A stretch of 64,000 nucleotides of DNA, from the NCBI GenBank assembly GCA_965215265.1, contig OZ244048.1:256001-320000 (forward strand). Direction: 5' to 3'. Below, piece after piece: positions 10,074 to 19,789 of the stretch (the stretch's first letter is position 1; the number at the start of each line of letters is the position of its first letter). A program made the translations under genes and the position numbers. The notes under the pieces are model-generated. The model was not told where the DNA came from. It saw nothing but the letters and a program-made list of their open reading frames with translations, and did no database searches. The stretch is from Candidatus Poribacteria bacterium (lineage in GTDB: Bacteria; Poribacteria; WGA-4E; WGA-3G).

Positions 10074-10619
10074 CACATTACAAATTCAAGCACAACGTGA
10101 GTATCATCTGACGCTTATCTCAAAGGATTTGAGCCCTAATCCAAAGACGAGATTTATACAGGTTTTAGCATAGCAGTGGCAGGATAGGTTCTTTTTCACT
10201 CCTGCAAGGAGTGAAAAGTTGCGAGATAGGTAGTATCGCGTCACCTTCAGGTGACGCTTTGCTACCTTTTATCTATAGATGGCGGGGATAAGGTATTCTG
10301 TGTCTATCCTTGTAGGAGAGACAAGAAAACGAAGTTGAGGGTAAAAGGTATTCTTCTCTCATGGACAGAGAAAGAAAACCTCTCCCTCAAGCGAACCCCG
10401 CCACCTGCCACCCACTGGGACAAGAAAACCGAACCCCGCCACCTGCCATCTATAGATTATGTAAAAACCTGTACAAATCTCATCAGAGCCCTTCGATGTA
10501 TTGAATCTAAACCGCGAACGGCTCCGACGAGATTTACACACGCCCGTTAATACATAAGCGTTGACGGTACTGAGATATACGAAAAACATCAAGCGTTGTC
10601 GGACTGAAATATACTAAAG
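10074..10619. repeat. Nested palindromic intergenic element, copy C (composite)
   Basis: About 10420-10615 is the reverse complement of copy A; internal sub-element bounded by ATCTATAGATGGC (10271) / GCCATCTATAGAT (~10446-10458); hairpins TTTTCACTCC-N5-GGAGTGAAAA and GCGTCACC-N4-GGTGACGC. Confidence 0.82.
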
Positions 10620-10632
10620 AAGGATATAAAAA

Positions 10633-12099
10633 ATGCCAATAGATATAGACATTAACATTAACTGGCAATTGCTAATGCCAGAACTTGTCATCGCTTTTAC
10701 GCTGCTCATCGTCTTGGTTTTCGATCTGTTCGACTCCATCTCAAAGGCTATATTAGGATGGTTGACAATCGTGGGTGCCGGAATCGCGTTATGGGTATCC
10801 ATACAGATGCACCAAGCAGGCGAGGTAGGAACTCAATTTAACGGAATGTTTAAGGTGGACAGTTTCTCCCTCTTTTTCAACATCATTTTCCTCGTTTCAA
10901 CGATTTTGGTTAGTCTTATCTCATTGAACTATTTAGGAAAAGGCTCCAGCAGACAGCAGGACGGAGACAGAAAACAAGGTCCTTATTACCTGCTGATACT
11001 GCTTGCGACGTTAGGCATGATGTTGATGGCCGCAGGTAATGAACTAATCATCGTCTTCCTCGGGTTAGAACTCATGTCATTATCGCTCTATGTCTTAGCG
11101 GGCTATTTCCGTGAATATTCCGTATCGAGCGAAGCGGGCATGAAATACCTATTGCTCGGCGCGTTTGCGAGTGCCTTTTTTCTTTACGGTATCGCGCTCA
11201 TCTACGGTGGTACCGGAACAACGAATGTACCTGATATTGCGGCAGCCATCACGGCAGATAACAAATCACCGATGCTTTTAGCCGGGATGTTCCTGCTCAT
11301 CGTTGGGTTTGGGTTTAAAGTAGCAATTGTCCCCTTTCATCAGTGGGCACCGGATGTTTACGACGGTGCACCGACAACGATTGCAGCATTTATCTCCGCA
11401 GGTCCCAAAGCCGCAGGGTTTGCCGCGTTCCTGAGAATATTCACAGAAGCCTTGCAAAACCTACAAACCGAATGGATCGGCGTTATCATCCTCTTATCCA
11501 TGCTGACGATGACAGTTGGCAATATCATTGCCATTGCACAGACAAACATCAAGCGGATGCTCGCATATTCCAGTATCGCACACGCCGGTTACGTCCTAAT
11601 CGGCCTGGCAGCAGCCAACAACGATGGCATCTCAAGTGCCATGCTCTATCTTCTTGTCTATTGCATCATGAACATCGGAGCATTCGGCGCGATGATTTTG
11701 GCAAAAACCTCAGACGGTGAAAGCCTGACGATTTCGGATTACGCAGGACTCGGATTCCGTAAACCATTGCTGGCTCTATTTATGAGTGTAATGCTTTTAT
11801 CACTTGCGGGTTTCCCACCGACTGCCGGGTTTGTCGGGAAATTTTACATCTTCAAATCAGCCGTGCAAGCGGGACATATCTGGCTCGTCGTCTTCGGCGC
11901 TATCAACACGGCGCTATCAGCGTTCTACTACTTACGTGTCATCGTAACGATGTACATGCGTGAGCCGGAGACGGAACGCGATTTTAATCCGTATCCACGC
12001 ACCCTCCTTGTTGGGGTGATCCTCGCCGCTGTTGGCGTGTTGCTCATCGGAATGCTGCCGTCTCTCCTATTCAACTCTGTGCAAAATTCCGGGCTCTAA
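10633..12099 (+). CDS. nuoN: NADH-quinone oxidoreductase subunit N
   Basis: LGLELMSLSLY, EAGMKYLLLG, FKVAIVPFHQWAPDVYDGAP, KRMLAYSSIAHAGY. Confidence 0.96.
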   Translation: MPIDIDININWQLLMPELVIAFTLLIVLVFDLFDSISKAILGWLTIVGAGIALWVSIQMHQAGEVGTQFNGMFKVDSFSLFFNIIFLVSTILVSLISLNYLGKGSSRQQDGDRKQGPYYLLILLATLGMMLMAAGNELIIVFLGLELMSLSLYVLAGYFREYSVSSEAGMKYLLLGAFASAFFLYGIALIYGGTGTTNVPDIAAAITADNKSPMLLAGMFLLIVGFGFKVAIVPFHQWAPDVYDGAPTTIAAFISAGPKAAGFAAFLRIFTEALQNLQTEWIGVIILLSMLTMTVGNIIAIAQTNIKRMLAYSSIAHAGYVLIGLAAANNDGISSAMLYLLVYCIMNIGAFGAMILAKTSDGESLTISDYAGLGFRKPLLALFMSVMLLSLAGFPPTAGFVGKFYIFKSAVQAGHIWLVVFGAINTALSAFYYLRVIVTMYMREPETERDFNPYPRTLLVGVILAAVGVLLIGMLPSLLFNSVQNSGL

Positions 12100-12200
12100 G
12101 ACTCTACGCTGCCAGAACAGCGAAAACTACTTTTCAATCACCGAAACATACCACATTCACTCACAATACAGCGGTGAATGTGGTATCCTCTCCATAAATA

Positions 12201-12297
12201 TTTGTATACTAGAGCCCCACAACGGCTGATGCATTGTTAATCACTGTGTACATCTCGTCAGAGCCTTTCTAGGTTATGAATCATAGCGACGCTTATT
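12201..12297. repeat. Palindromic intergenic element, degenerate copy D
   Basis: TTTGTATAC…CAACGGCTGATG…TGTGTACATCTCGTCAGAGCC aligns with the left half of copy B. Confidence 0.65.
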
Positions 12298-12350
12298 TTC
12301 CAGTTTTCTACTTTTTGCTTGTTGAAAATCCCATAATTTTGAAAAAAAGT

Positions 12351-12378
12351 GCAACTTTTTTGCAACTCGTTTGTAGTA
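12351..12378 (+). promoter_or_regulatory. Candidate ECF-sigma autoregulatory promoter
   Basis: GCAACTT -35-like box, ~16-nt spacer and GTAGTA -10-like box just upstream of the ECF sigma gene. Confidence 0.35.
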
Positions 12379-12409
12379 TCAGTAACGAAAAAACGCGCGG
12401 AGTTGCAAC

Positions 12410-12937
12410 ATGACAGAAGACGAATTCCTTGAACTGGTCCAAAAACATCAAGTTCGGGTTTATCGGCATGCTCTCTACCTGCTTAGAAATTCTGAAGATG
12501 CCAAGGATATCACTCAGGAAACGTTCATAAGAGCATGGGAGCATCGCACAAAATTGAGGATGAAAACTGTTCATTCATGGTTGATAAAATGCACGCAAAA
12601 CCTCTGTTTTAATCTGTTAAAACGGCAACAATTCGAAAGGCCATTGGTTGAAGGAGATGAGGCGGAGCTTGAAACATTACTTCACACCGGATTCTCAAAT
12701 CCATCTCCAGATGAAATTGCTGTCAAGCAGGAACTGAAGGACGTTGTACATCGCGCAATTCAACAGCTGCCACTGGAAATGCGAACAGTAGTCATTATGC
12801 GAGAATTGGAGGAAATGAGTTTTAAAGAGATCGCAGCAGTATTAGAACAACCCGTGGGCACTGTCAAATCTACTGTGTTCCGTGCCCGTAAGAGATTGCG
12901 GCAAATATTAAGCCCTTATTGGAGAGATGACGCATGA
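12410..12937 (+). CDS. ECF-family RNA polymerase sigma-70 factor
   Basis: Region 2 (DAKDITQETFIRAW) and region 4 (SFKEIAAVLEQPVGTVKSTVFRARKRL); 175 aa. Confidence 0.93.
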   Translation: MTEDEFLELVQKHQVRVYRHALYLLRNSEDAKDITQETFIRAWEHRTKLRMKTVHSWLIKCTQNLCFNLLKRQQFERPLVEGDEAELETLLHTGFSNPSPDEIAVKQELKDVVHRAIQQLPLEMRTVVIMRELEEMSFKEIAAVLEQPVGTVKSTVFRARKRLRQILSPYWRDDA

Positions 12938-13584
12938 GACAAATACCGCCTCAAGACATCCAATGTGCGGATGTACAGGACATCTTAGAGGAATATTTTG
13001 ACGATGAAGTAGATACAGCAACGAAATCCGCAATAGCATCCCACATGACTACTTGCCAGAATTGTCAGGAAGAAGCGCGTTTGGCGCAAGCAATTAGGGA
13101 GGTATTACATGAACTTCCAGCACCAGAACCGCCTCCAGAAATCTTCAATGGGGTTGCTGCGCACGTTCGCACGTATTCCAATGACAGCCGATGGCTACAG
13201 CGGATTACTGATAGATTCAGATTCTTCGCATTCGGGCGTGCTTACAGTAGCGTGTTGCTTGGCGCGGGGGCATTGTTCTGCCTTGTTGTCGCTGCCTTGT
13301 TTGGAATCCATCAGCATCAACAGCAGCAAAAGATAGAACAAGCTTCCCGGGAGATGCATTATGCCCTGAGTAAGGTGCAGGATGTAGTTGAACGGACAGG
13401 CATTGTCCTCAGCGAAAAATTAACCGCTGTCCAGCTTGAGCAGACCTCGCGTCGTACTTTAAAACGGACAGTGAATCTCTCATCTGCAATTCATCAAAGC
13501 TTAGAAACACTTAACAGTTCACCTGAAAATATTCCAGCAATGGAACCTCTACAACGTTCAGATAAAGAAGGAGACACACAGTGA
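12934..13584 (+). CDS. Anti-sigma factor, zf-HC2 (ZAS) type, single TM helix
   Basis: HxxxCxxC (HMTTCQNC), TM segment LLGAGALFCLVVAALFGI, overlaps the sigma stop codon. Confidence 0.88.
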   Translation: MRQIPPQDIQCADVQDILEEYFDDEVDTATKSAIASHMTTCQNCQEEARLAQAIREVLHELPAPEPPPEIFNGVAAHVRTYSNDSRWLQRITDRFRFFAFGRAYSSVLLGAGALFCLVVAALFGIHQHQQQQKIEQASREMHYALSKVQDVVERTGIVLSEKLTAVQLEQTSRRTLKRTVNLSSAIHQSLETLNSSPENIPAMEPLQRSDKEGDTQ

Positions 13585-14198
13585 AACGTTTCACCCTTAC
13601 AACCTTTTTACTGGTTTTCTGCATCCTTTCTAACGGTATAGCAGAAACAGCGACGCGCGGCAAAATAGAATTGGACATGCCGAACGCCCCGACACCTATA
13701 CTCGAAATCAACCTAGATAAGACATTTTTCTCTCTTTTTATTAATGTCACCGCGAAACTCCCCGAATATGCGGAGTACGCTAAGATGATAGAGGGAATCT
13801 TCATCCGTTCTTACGAAAAAGATAATGAAAACCTTGGTGATATGACAACCCACTACCAGAACATCCTTAAAAAAGAGAATTGGGAAACGCTTGTCAAGGC
13901 AAAGGACAGACTTCACGTCAATCTGCTTTTCGCTGAGGAACCTGGTGTTGTCCACGGTATTTTCATCATTTTTACCGACGATCAGGAGGCCACGAATTTC
14001 GTAAACATTTATGGAAAAATCGACTTTCGAAAACTCGGGATTCTATTCGGTAAATTGATGAAGTCTGATTTTATCAAACAGTTGAACGAACACTTGAACT
14101 CAAACGGAAAAGGAACTTTTAAAAATGGAATGGGTTCCTTTGAGTCAGAGGAGGAACCCGAAACGGACAGCGAAGACGATTCAGATACGGTGGAATAA
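13581..14198 (+). CDS. DUF4252-family exported protein 1
   Basis: Signal peptide; EINLDK, GIFIRSY, WETLVK and FVNIYGKID motifs; acidic tail. Confidence 0.78.
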   Translation: MKRFTLTTFLLVFCILSNGIAETATRGKIELDMPNAPTPILEINLDKTFFSLFINVTAKLPEYAEYAKMIEGIFIRSYEKDNENLGDMTTHYQNILKKENWETLVKAKDRLHVNLLFAEEPGVVHGIFIIFTDDQEATNFVNIYGKIDFRKLGILFGKLMKSDFIKQLNEHLNSNGKGTFKNGMGSFESEEEPETDSEDDSDTVE

Positions 14199-14201
14199 GC
14201 C

Positions 14202-14792
14202 ATGAAACCAATGAAACATTTCGCCTTGTTGTGCATAGTAATTCTCTTAGCATCATGTTCGATAGCTATCAGCGTTGCATCGCCTGGCGATGAGAAAACG
14301 GACGAAAAAAAGCGGAAAGGGCAGCTTCTTTTTGACTATCCCAACGCGCCTGAGCCAATTGTTGAGATTAACCTCACAGAAAAACTAATCGGATTAGTGA
14401 CGAAGTCCATGAATGCCAAATCCGAAACTGCTGAGCTAATTGAGATGATCTCCGGGATCTATGTCCGTGTCTATGATAACTCGCATATAAATCAGGATGC
14501 CTTGGTTGCATATTACGAGAAAAAACTCAAGGCAGAAAAGTGGGAAGTGCTCGTCAAAATCAACACAGATAACGAAAAGCTCCAAATCAGACTACTCTTT
14601 GATAAAAAGGTTGTCTCGGGAATTTTTATCATGGAAAACGATTCCAAGTCTGAAGAGTTAACACTTGTCAATATTATAGGCGATATTGATACCGAGCGGA
14701 TTGGTGAACTGCTCGTGAATTTAGGAAAAGTTATTGATGTTGAATTGGATTTAGAAAACAAGAAAACCCACAACCACGGAGGATTAAAATGA
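14202..14792 (+). CDS. DUF4252-family exported protein 2
   Basis: Signal or lipoprotein-like N-terminus; EINLTE, GIYVRVY, WEVLVK, LVNIIGDID; paralog of its neighbours. Confidence 0.78.
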   Translation: MKPMKHFALLCIVILLASCSIAISVASPGDEKTDEKKRKGQLLFDYPNAPEPIVEINLTEKLIGLVTKSMNAKSETAELIEMISGIYVRVYDNSHINQDALVAYYEKKLKAEKWEVLVKINTDNEKLQIRLLFDKKVVSGIFIMENDSKSEELTLVNIIGDIDTERIGELLVNLGKVIDVELDLENKKTHNHGGLK

Positions 14793-15343
14793 GAACCCTC
14801 AAACTTGCAAGAATCGTTTTCATGATTGTCATTTTAGGCAGTCTGCTCATAGGACCCTTGAATATGTTTGTATACTGCAGCCCAATAGAGGGAACCGTCC
14901 CCTTTAATTGCCCCAATGTTCCACCACCGATGCACGAAGTCGATTTGAATCTTAAATTCCTCTCGCTTTTTGCAGAAAATATTGTTTCTATACACCAGAA
15001 AAGATATGATGTATCCAAGTTGATGGGAACGATCGATGGAGTCTACTTTCGCGGCTACGCTGATAGTGTTGGCAGCTTTGCTCAGACCATCTATTATTAT
15101 GAGAAGACTTTGGTTGAAAACGGATGGGATACGCTGGTCAAAATTAGAACGCACGATGAACGCATTCAGATACATGCCCTTGTTATCTCCCAAACGATAG
15201 CAGGACTATTTGTGATGGCTGGAGATGAAACCCAGACGCAATTGGTGAATATCGTTGGACGAATTGAACCCGAACGGTTGGGCGAAATATTTGAAAATCT
15301 GAAGGCAATTGAGCTAGAGATTCCACAACTCCAACTCAATTGA
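14789..15343 (+). CDS. DUF4252-family exported protein 3
   Basis: EVDLNL, GVYFRGY, WDTLVK, LVNIVGRIE; paralog of its neighbours. Confidence 0.75.
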   Translation: MRTLKLARIVFMIVILGSLLIGPLNMFVYCSPIEGTVPFNCPNVPPPMHEVDLNLKFLSLFAENIVSIHQKRYDVSKLMGTIDGVYFRGYADSVGSFAQTIYYYEKTLVENGWDTLVKIRTHDERIQIHALVISQTIAGLFVMAGDETQTQLVNIVGRIEPERLGEIFENLKAIELEIPQLQLN

Positions 15344-15396
15344 TTCGATAAAACTTTCCATGCCACATTGGTGTGATTAAACTTTCATGTTCATTA

Positions 15397-15615
15397 TAGT
15401 GAATCCCAAAAATAAGTTTATATTTTCTGAGACTTATGTTATCGTTTACGATTATGGCATATTCAACAGAGAGTTTGCTATTTTTGCCGCCGTATTCGCC
15501 GGAGTTGAACCCGATTGAGAAGGATGTCGCCATCATCAAACGGATACGGCAATATAACCATGAGGCATCTATTGATGACATTATAAAAATGTATAAGTAA
15601 TTACGGGATTCACTA
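15397..15615 (+). mobile_element. IS630-family non-autonomous mini-element (219 bp)
   Basis: TIRs TAGTGAATCCC / GGGATTCACTA flanked by TA duplications (15395-96, 15616-17); internal remnant encodes LLFLPPYSPELNPIE, the IS630/Tc1 DDE C-terminal motif. Confidence 0.88.
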
Positions 15616-15693
15616 TAATAGTTTACACAGGTGTGAAACGGAGGATTTCCTCCCGGATATCCCACACCAACGGAATAAGGGGAAAATTCAGAG

Positions 15694-16495
15694 ATGAAAC
15701 CAACAATCATGATTTTAGGCAGTGAGCATTTGGCAAACCCAGGTGCAGACACGTTCAATCGGAAGATGGATGATGTCCTCGCCCCCAAACGCCAACGAGA
15801 ACTTGAACAACTCACTCAGCAATTGACAGAATTTAAACCCACTAAGGTAGCGCTTGAGATTGATGAAGAAAGGTCTGACGCTGATGTTCAGGAAAAGTAT
15901 CAAGGCTATCTGAATGGAACATATGAACTGACACGATCCGAAGGCGACCAGATCGGGTTCAGGTTAGCCAAGCAAATGGGGCATTCAAAGGTATACTGTG
16001 TCGATTATTTTCCAGAGAGTGAGTGTGCAGGACCCCTTTCATGATGTACTGAAAAAGATTTGGGTGGATTCTGAGGCAATTGCCAAAGCCAACAATCAAG
16101 AACATCTGTTGTCGTCTGTTCCTGAAGGGCGTATAACTGAAGATGAAGACGGGACAATCTGGATTGAGCCTGAGAAGTATGAACCTCTGATAAATACCTA
16201 TATCCGGTTGAACCAGCCTGAAGGTCGGTTGGCTGATCATCAACATTACTTGAGAGCGGCACGAATTGGACAAAAGGCACAATATCCGGCAACGAATTGG
16301 GTGTCACACTCTTGGTATGATAGGAATCTCAAAATTTTTGTCAATCTGACACGCATCACAGAATCTGCTGAAGATAGGATTTTGTTACTTATCGGGGCAG
16401 GGCATGTATATCTGGTTCAGCAATTTCTGCAGGATTCAGGCGATTACGTGGTAGAAAGTCCACTCCAGTACTTAACCCCAGAGCAAACCGAATGA
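15694..16495 (+). pseudogene. DUF5694-family protein, frameshifted near 16010-16040
   Basis: N-half (ILGSEHLANPG…DVLAPKRQRE…FKPTKVALE…QIGFRLAK) in ORF 15694-16044; C-half (WYDRNLKIFVNL…RILLLIGAGH) in the +1 frame. Confidence 0.7.
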
Positions 16496-16645
16496 AACGC
16501 CTATTATAGTGTACTCTGAAAATAAGGGCCCTGTCGGCTCTCACGGTTAGGAGTGCTCCGGACCCCGGTAGGCGAGGTTGGGAACCGTGCGGGCACAAAC
16601 TATCCCCCATTGTAAAATCTAATCTAATAAAACAATTCTTCCGTC

Positions 16646-16859
16646 TACTGCAGCACAACAAAGGCAGTTGTAATGTTAAAACCTTTACAAATCTCATCGG
16701 AGGCTTTCGGTGTATTGAGTCTAAACATCGGAACCCTCCGACGAGATTTACACACGAGTCATCACAACATAAGCGGTGATGGTACAGAAATATACAAAAA
16801 GACGAGATTTATACTGCATTTAGCACAACATCAGGCGTTGTCGTACGGAAATATGCAAA
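16646..16859. repeat. Nested palindromic intergenic element, copy E
   Basis: CTGCAGCACAACAAAGGCAGTTGTAATGTTAA is the reverse complement of the right end of copy A; core TACAAATCTCATCGGAGG / CCTCCGACGAGATTTACACA. Confidence 0.82.
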
Positions 16860-16971
16860 TTGTCACGCCGGACCACCCGTTCGCATTTTATTAAACACAG
16901 AGAAATACGGAGATCTATTTAGCGGTACTCGTTATTAAAATTCGCATAATTCAGAAAAGGCACCTTTTTTT

Positions 16972-17000
16972 TTGCATTTTCCCCAATCTTGTGGTATAAT
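16972..17000 (+). promoter_or_regulatory. Sigma70 promoter of the atp operon
   Basis: TTGCAT-N17-TATAAT with an extended -10 TG. Confidence 0.75.
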
Positions 17001-17064
17001 ATATACCGTTGCTTAATGAGGAATCTGTCTCTAACACTATTTTCATTTTATCGGAGTAAACGTC

Positions 17065-17340
17065 ATGTTTAAACGTCGGCTCAATCAATTCAAACATGAA
17101 AATATTGGGATGTTGGACCTCGCCTCAATCGGCATAACGCTTGCCTTGGCCATTTTCATCGGGGCCTTCGGAGGTAAGTGGCTGGGTGGGAAGCTAGGCA
17201 ACGAAACACTTGGTTTGTTCATCGGTTTTGGAATGGGCGTTGCCGCCGGATTCATGGAAATGTTCCGCGCAGTAGCACGTTGGAATAGACAACTTGAGCA
17301 GCAAGAAAAACAGAAAACAGAACCACAAGATGCGGATTAA
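17065..17340 (+). CDS. AtpZ/AtpI-family membrane protein
   Basis: Two Gly-rich TM helices (IGITLALAIFIGAFGGKWL…GFGMGVAAGF); first gene of the atp operon. Confidence 0.8.
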   Translation: MFKRRLNQFKHENIGMLDLASIGITLALAIFIGAFGGKWLGGKLGNETLGLFIGFGMGVAAGFMEMFRAVARWNRQLEQQEKQKTEPQDAD

Positions 17341-17372
17341 GAATGCTTCCACTATTCAATCTCTATAGAGGA

Positions 17373-17786
17373 ATGAAGCCTATGAGCACCCGTTTTGAAG
17401 TAGACGACCGGTTTATCAGACAGGTCTATGTCTTGAATATAATCCTAACAGTGCTAATTTCCGGTGTGCTTCTCTGGTTCAAACGTATGACGGTTCCCAG
17501 CTTTCTAATCGGAAGTGCTATGAGTCTCAGCATGCTCTGGACGCTTGAATTTACAGTGCGGAGGTTCATCCGTCCTGGAAAATCCGCCCAAACGAAGCAC
17601 GTCCTTGCCGCGATCGCATTCGGCAAGTACCTTGTGCTTGGCGTGTGCCTCTATCTGTTATTTAAAATGAATTGGCTGAACATTTACGCCCTAGCCGGTG
17701 GCATCGCACTCACGCAACTTGTATTCATTTTTAAAGCGATAGGGCTGATCATATCGGTTCTCTCCAACGCAAAAAACGAAAAATGA
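17373..17786 (+). CDS. atpI: ATP synthase subunit I (UncI-like)
   Basis: Four-TM hydrophobic basic protein directly upstream of atpB. Confidence 0.7.
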   Translation: MKPMSTRFEVDDRFIRQVYVLNIILTVLISGVLLWFKRMTVPSFLIGSAMSLSMLWTLEFTVRRFIRPGKSAQTKHVLAAIAFGKYLVLGVCLYLLFKMNWLNIYALAGGIALTQLVFIFKAIGLIISVLSNAKNEK

Positions 17787-18652
17787 CGAAACGATTCTAT
17801 TGCTTTGTACGTAGGGCAAAGTTTATTGGGGTCCGTTGCACGACTTCACTCCGATTGTTAGTTACCGGGCTCGGTTTAGCTGCTGCAAATCTGAGCTGGG
17901 CCGCTGAAGACATACACCGCTCCTGGCTTTCGCCACTTTCACGAGTCCTCCCTGATAATATCGTGCCGGAGCCGACGCGCTGGCATCAGCCGGATCTCAT
18001 TTCAAATACCTACTTTGCGGTTGTTCTTTTAGTCATCTTCTTCATTTTTGTGACGCGTAAACTCAAACGCCTGCCGGAAGGGAAGGGGCAAACGCTCTTA
18101 GAGTTGTTTGTAGGTGGCATCATGAATTTCTTTGGGGGTATCCTCGGAGAACACGGCAAAAAGTACGTGCCTTTTGTCGGTTCATACTTCATCTTTATTC
18201 TCACCCTCAATTACCTCGGTCTCATTCCAGGGTTTCAGTCCCCGACCGCAGATTTGAATACCACGCTCGCCCTCGGCATCACAGCCGTGCTTGGCGTTCA
18301 AATCATCGCTATCAAAGAGAACGGAATCGCTGGCTATCTCAACCATCTCATCGGCAACCCACCCTGGCTGGGAGTTCTGATGTTCCCGCTTGAAGTCATT
18401 GCCCAATTATCGCGTGCCGGGTCTCTTGCTATCCGCTTATTCGGAAATATCTTCGGCGAAGAATCCGTAATCATTGAACTCACTAAACTTGGACTCGGCG
18501 TGCTGATTCTCGGGTCGATTCCGTTTCTACCCGTTCAAGTACCAATGCTTTTCTTCGGACTATTCGGCGGTTTTCTCCAAGCCTTTGTCTTTAGCATTTT
18601 AACCTCAATTTACATTGTCCTATTTGTAGAACACGACGCAGAAGCACACTAA
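17783..18652 (+). CDS. atpB: FoF1 ATP synthase subunit a
   Basis: NYLGLIPG…PTADLNTT, SLAIRLFGNI, LQAFVFSILTSIY. Confidence 0.95.
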   Translation: MTKRFYCFVRRAKFIGVRCTTSLRLLVTGLGLAAANLSWAAEDIHRSWLSPLSRVLPDNIVPEPTRWHQPDLISNTYFAVVLLVIFFIFVTRKLKRLPEGKGQTLLELFVGGIMNFFGGILGEHGKKYVPFVGSYFIFILTLNYLGLIPGFQSPTADLNTTLALGITAVLGVQIIAIKENGIAGYLNHLIGNPPWLGVLMFPLEVIAQLSRAGSLAIRLFGNIFGEESVIIELTKLGLGVLILGSIPFLPVQVPMLFFGLFGGFLQAFVFSILTSIYIVLFVEHDAEAH

Positions 18653-18733
18653 CGAAACACATACCACTCCGCTTCATCGGAGTGATCAATTCGTAGGAAT
18701 CCGTTCCTACACATTATAGGAGGATCTTTCATC

Positions 18734-19030
18734 ATGATATATCTAGCTGTTTTGGCTTTTGGGGTAACACTTGGACTGCCAATTGCCGTTATTTTTGCAT
18801 CCACAGCCCAAGGGAAAGCAACGAGCACCGCACTTGAAGGAATCGCACGTCAACCCGAGGCAGCACCGCGAATTCAAACCGCAACGATTATCGGGCTTGC
18901 CCTCATTGAATCGCTTGTTATTTACGCACTATTGATGTTCTTTGTCCTACAAGCTAAACTTCCTGCAGATGAGATGCTCAAAGAGATAATTGAAGCTGAT
19001 GCCCAAAGAGTTGCATCACAAGAACGATAA
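18734..19030 (+). CDS. atpE: FoF1 ATP synthase subunit c
   Basis: IARQPEA loop, IESLVIY with catalytic Glu; AGGAGG RBS. Confidence 0.95.
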   Translation: MIYLAVLAFGVTLGLPIAVIFASTAQGKATSTALEGIARQPEAAPRIQTATIIGLALIESLVIYALLMFFVLQAKLPADEMLKEIIEADAQRVASQER

Positions 19031-19099
19031 TAGGAATCAAGTTGTCCCAGCGTTTTGACGGACAACAGCACATGTTCGATAATAGCGGGAGGGTGCAAT

Positions 19100-19756
19100 A
19101 TGGGTATTCGCTCCAACACAGAGAGTTTTAGCCGTTTCTTGGGACTCCAAAAAACGGAATTAAAAATAAAAAATCACGTCGTGGTTTGTCTACTTTTTCT
19201 CGGGTTCACCGCGGTAAACTCTTTTGCTGCGGAGCCTGAAGCCAGTGAAGGGGGGCTTTTAGCCCTCCTTGGTATTGACCCCCAGACGATTATCATCCAA
19301 GTAATAGGGTTTTTAGTCGTACTCACAGTCCTATGGAAGTTCGTTTTCGGGAAGGTAGGCGGACTCTTAGAAGAACGCAAAACTGAAATCACCACTCAAA
19401 TTCAACAACTCAAAACGGACCGAGAGGAATTAGACCAGCTCACCGCCGAGACACGCCAACGCTTAGCCGATATTGAAACCGAATCACAAGCAAAAATCCA
19501 AGCTGCCGTCGAGCAGGGTAACGCTGAGCGTCAGGGCATCCTTGAACAGGCACGGCAAGAAGCCGCTGATGAGATACGAAGAGCACGCGCAGAAATTCAA
19601 CGGGAAAAGGATGAAGCCATCGCTGAACTCCGCGGTGTCGTTGCTGAACTCGCTATCGATGCTGCCGGCAAAATTATCTCGGCTGAACTGAATCCGGAGA
19701 GACATCAGCATATTATTGATGCATCCATCAGCAGACTACCTGAAATATCGCGATGA
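19100..19756 (+). CDS. atpF: FoF1 ATP synthase subunit b
   Basis: TM helix (IIQVIGFLVVLTVLWKF), LEERK, long coiled coil, LAIDAAGKII; exact start uncertain. Confidence 0.9.
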   Translation: MGIRSNTESFSRFLGLQKTELKIKNHVVVCLLFLGFTAVNSFAAEPEASEGGLLALLGIDPQTIIIQVIGFLVVLTVLWKFVFGKVGGLLEERKTEITTQIQQLKTDREELDQLTAETRQRLADIETESQAKIQAAVEQGNAERQGILEQARQEAADEIRRARAEIQREKDEAIAELRGVVAELAIDAAGKIISAELNPERHQHIIDASISRLPEISR

Positions 19757-19789
19757 TACGAATAGCCACGAGGCAAAGGAATATAGACT

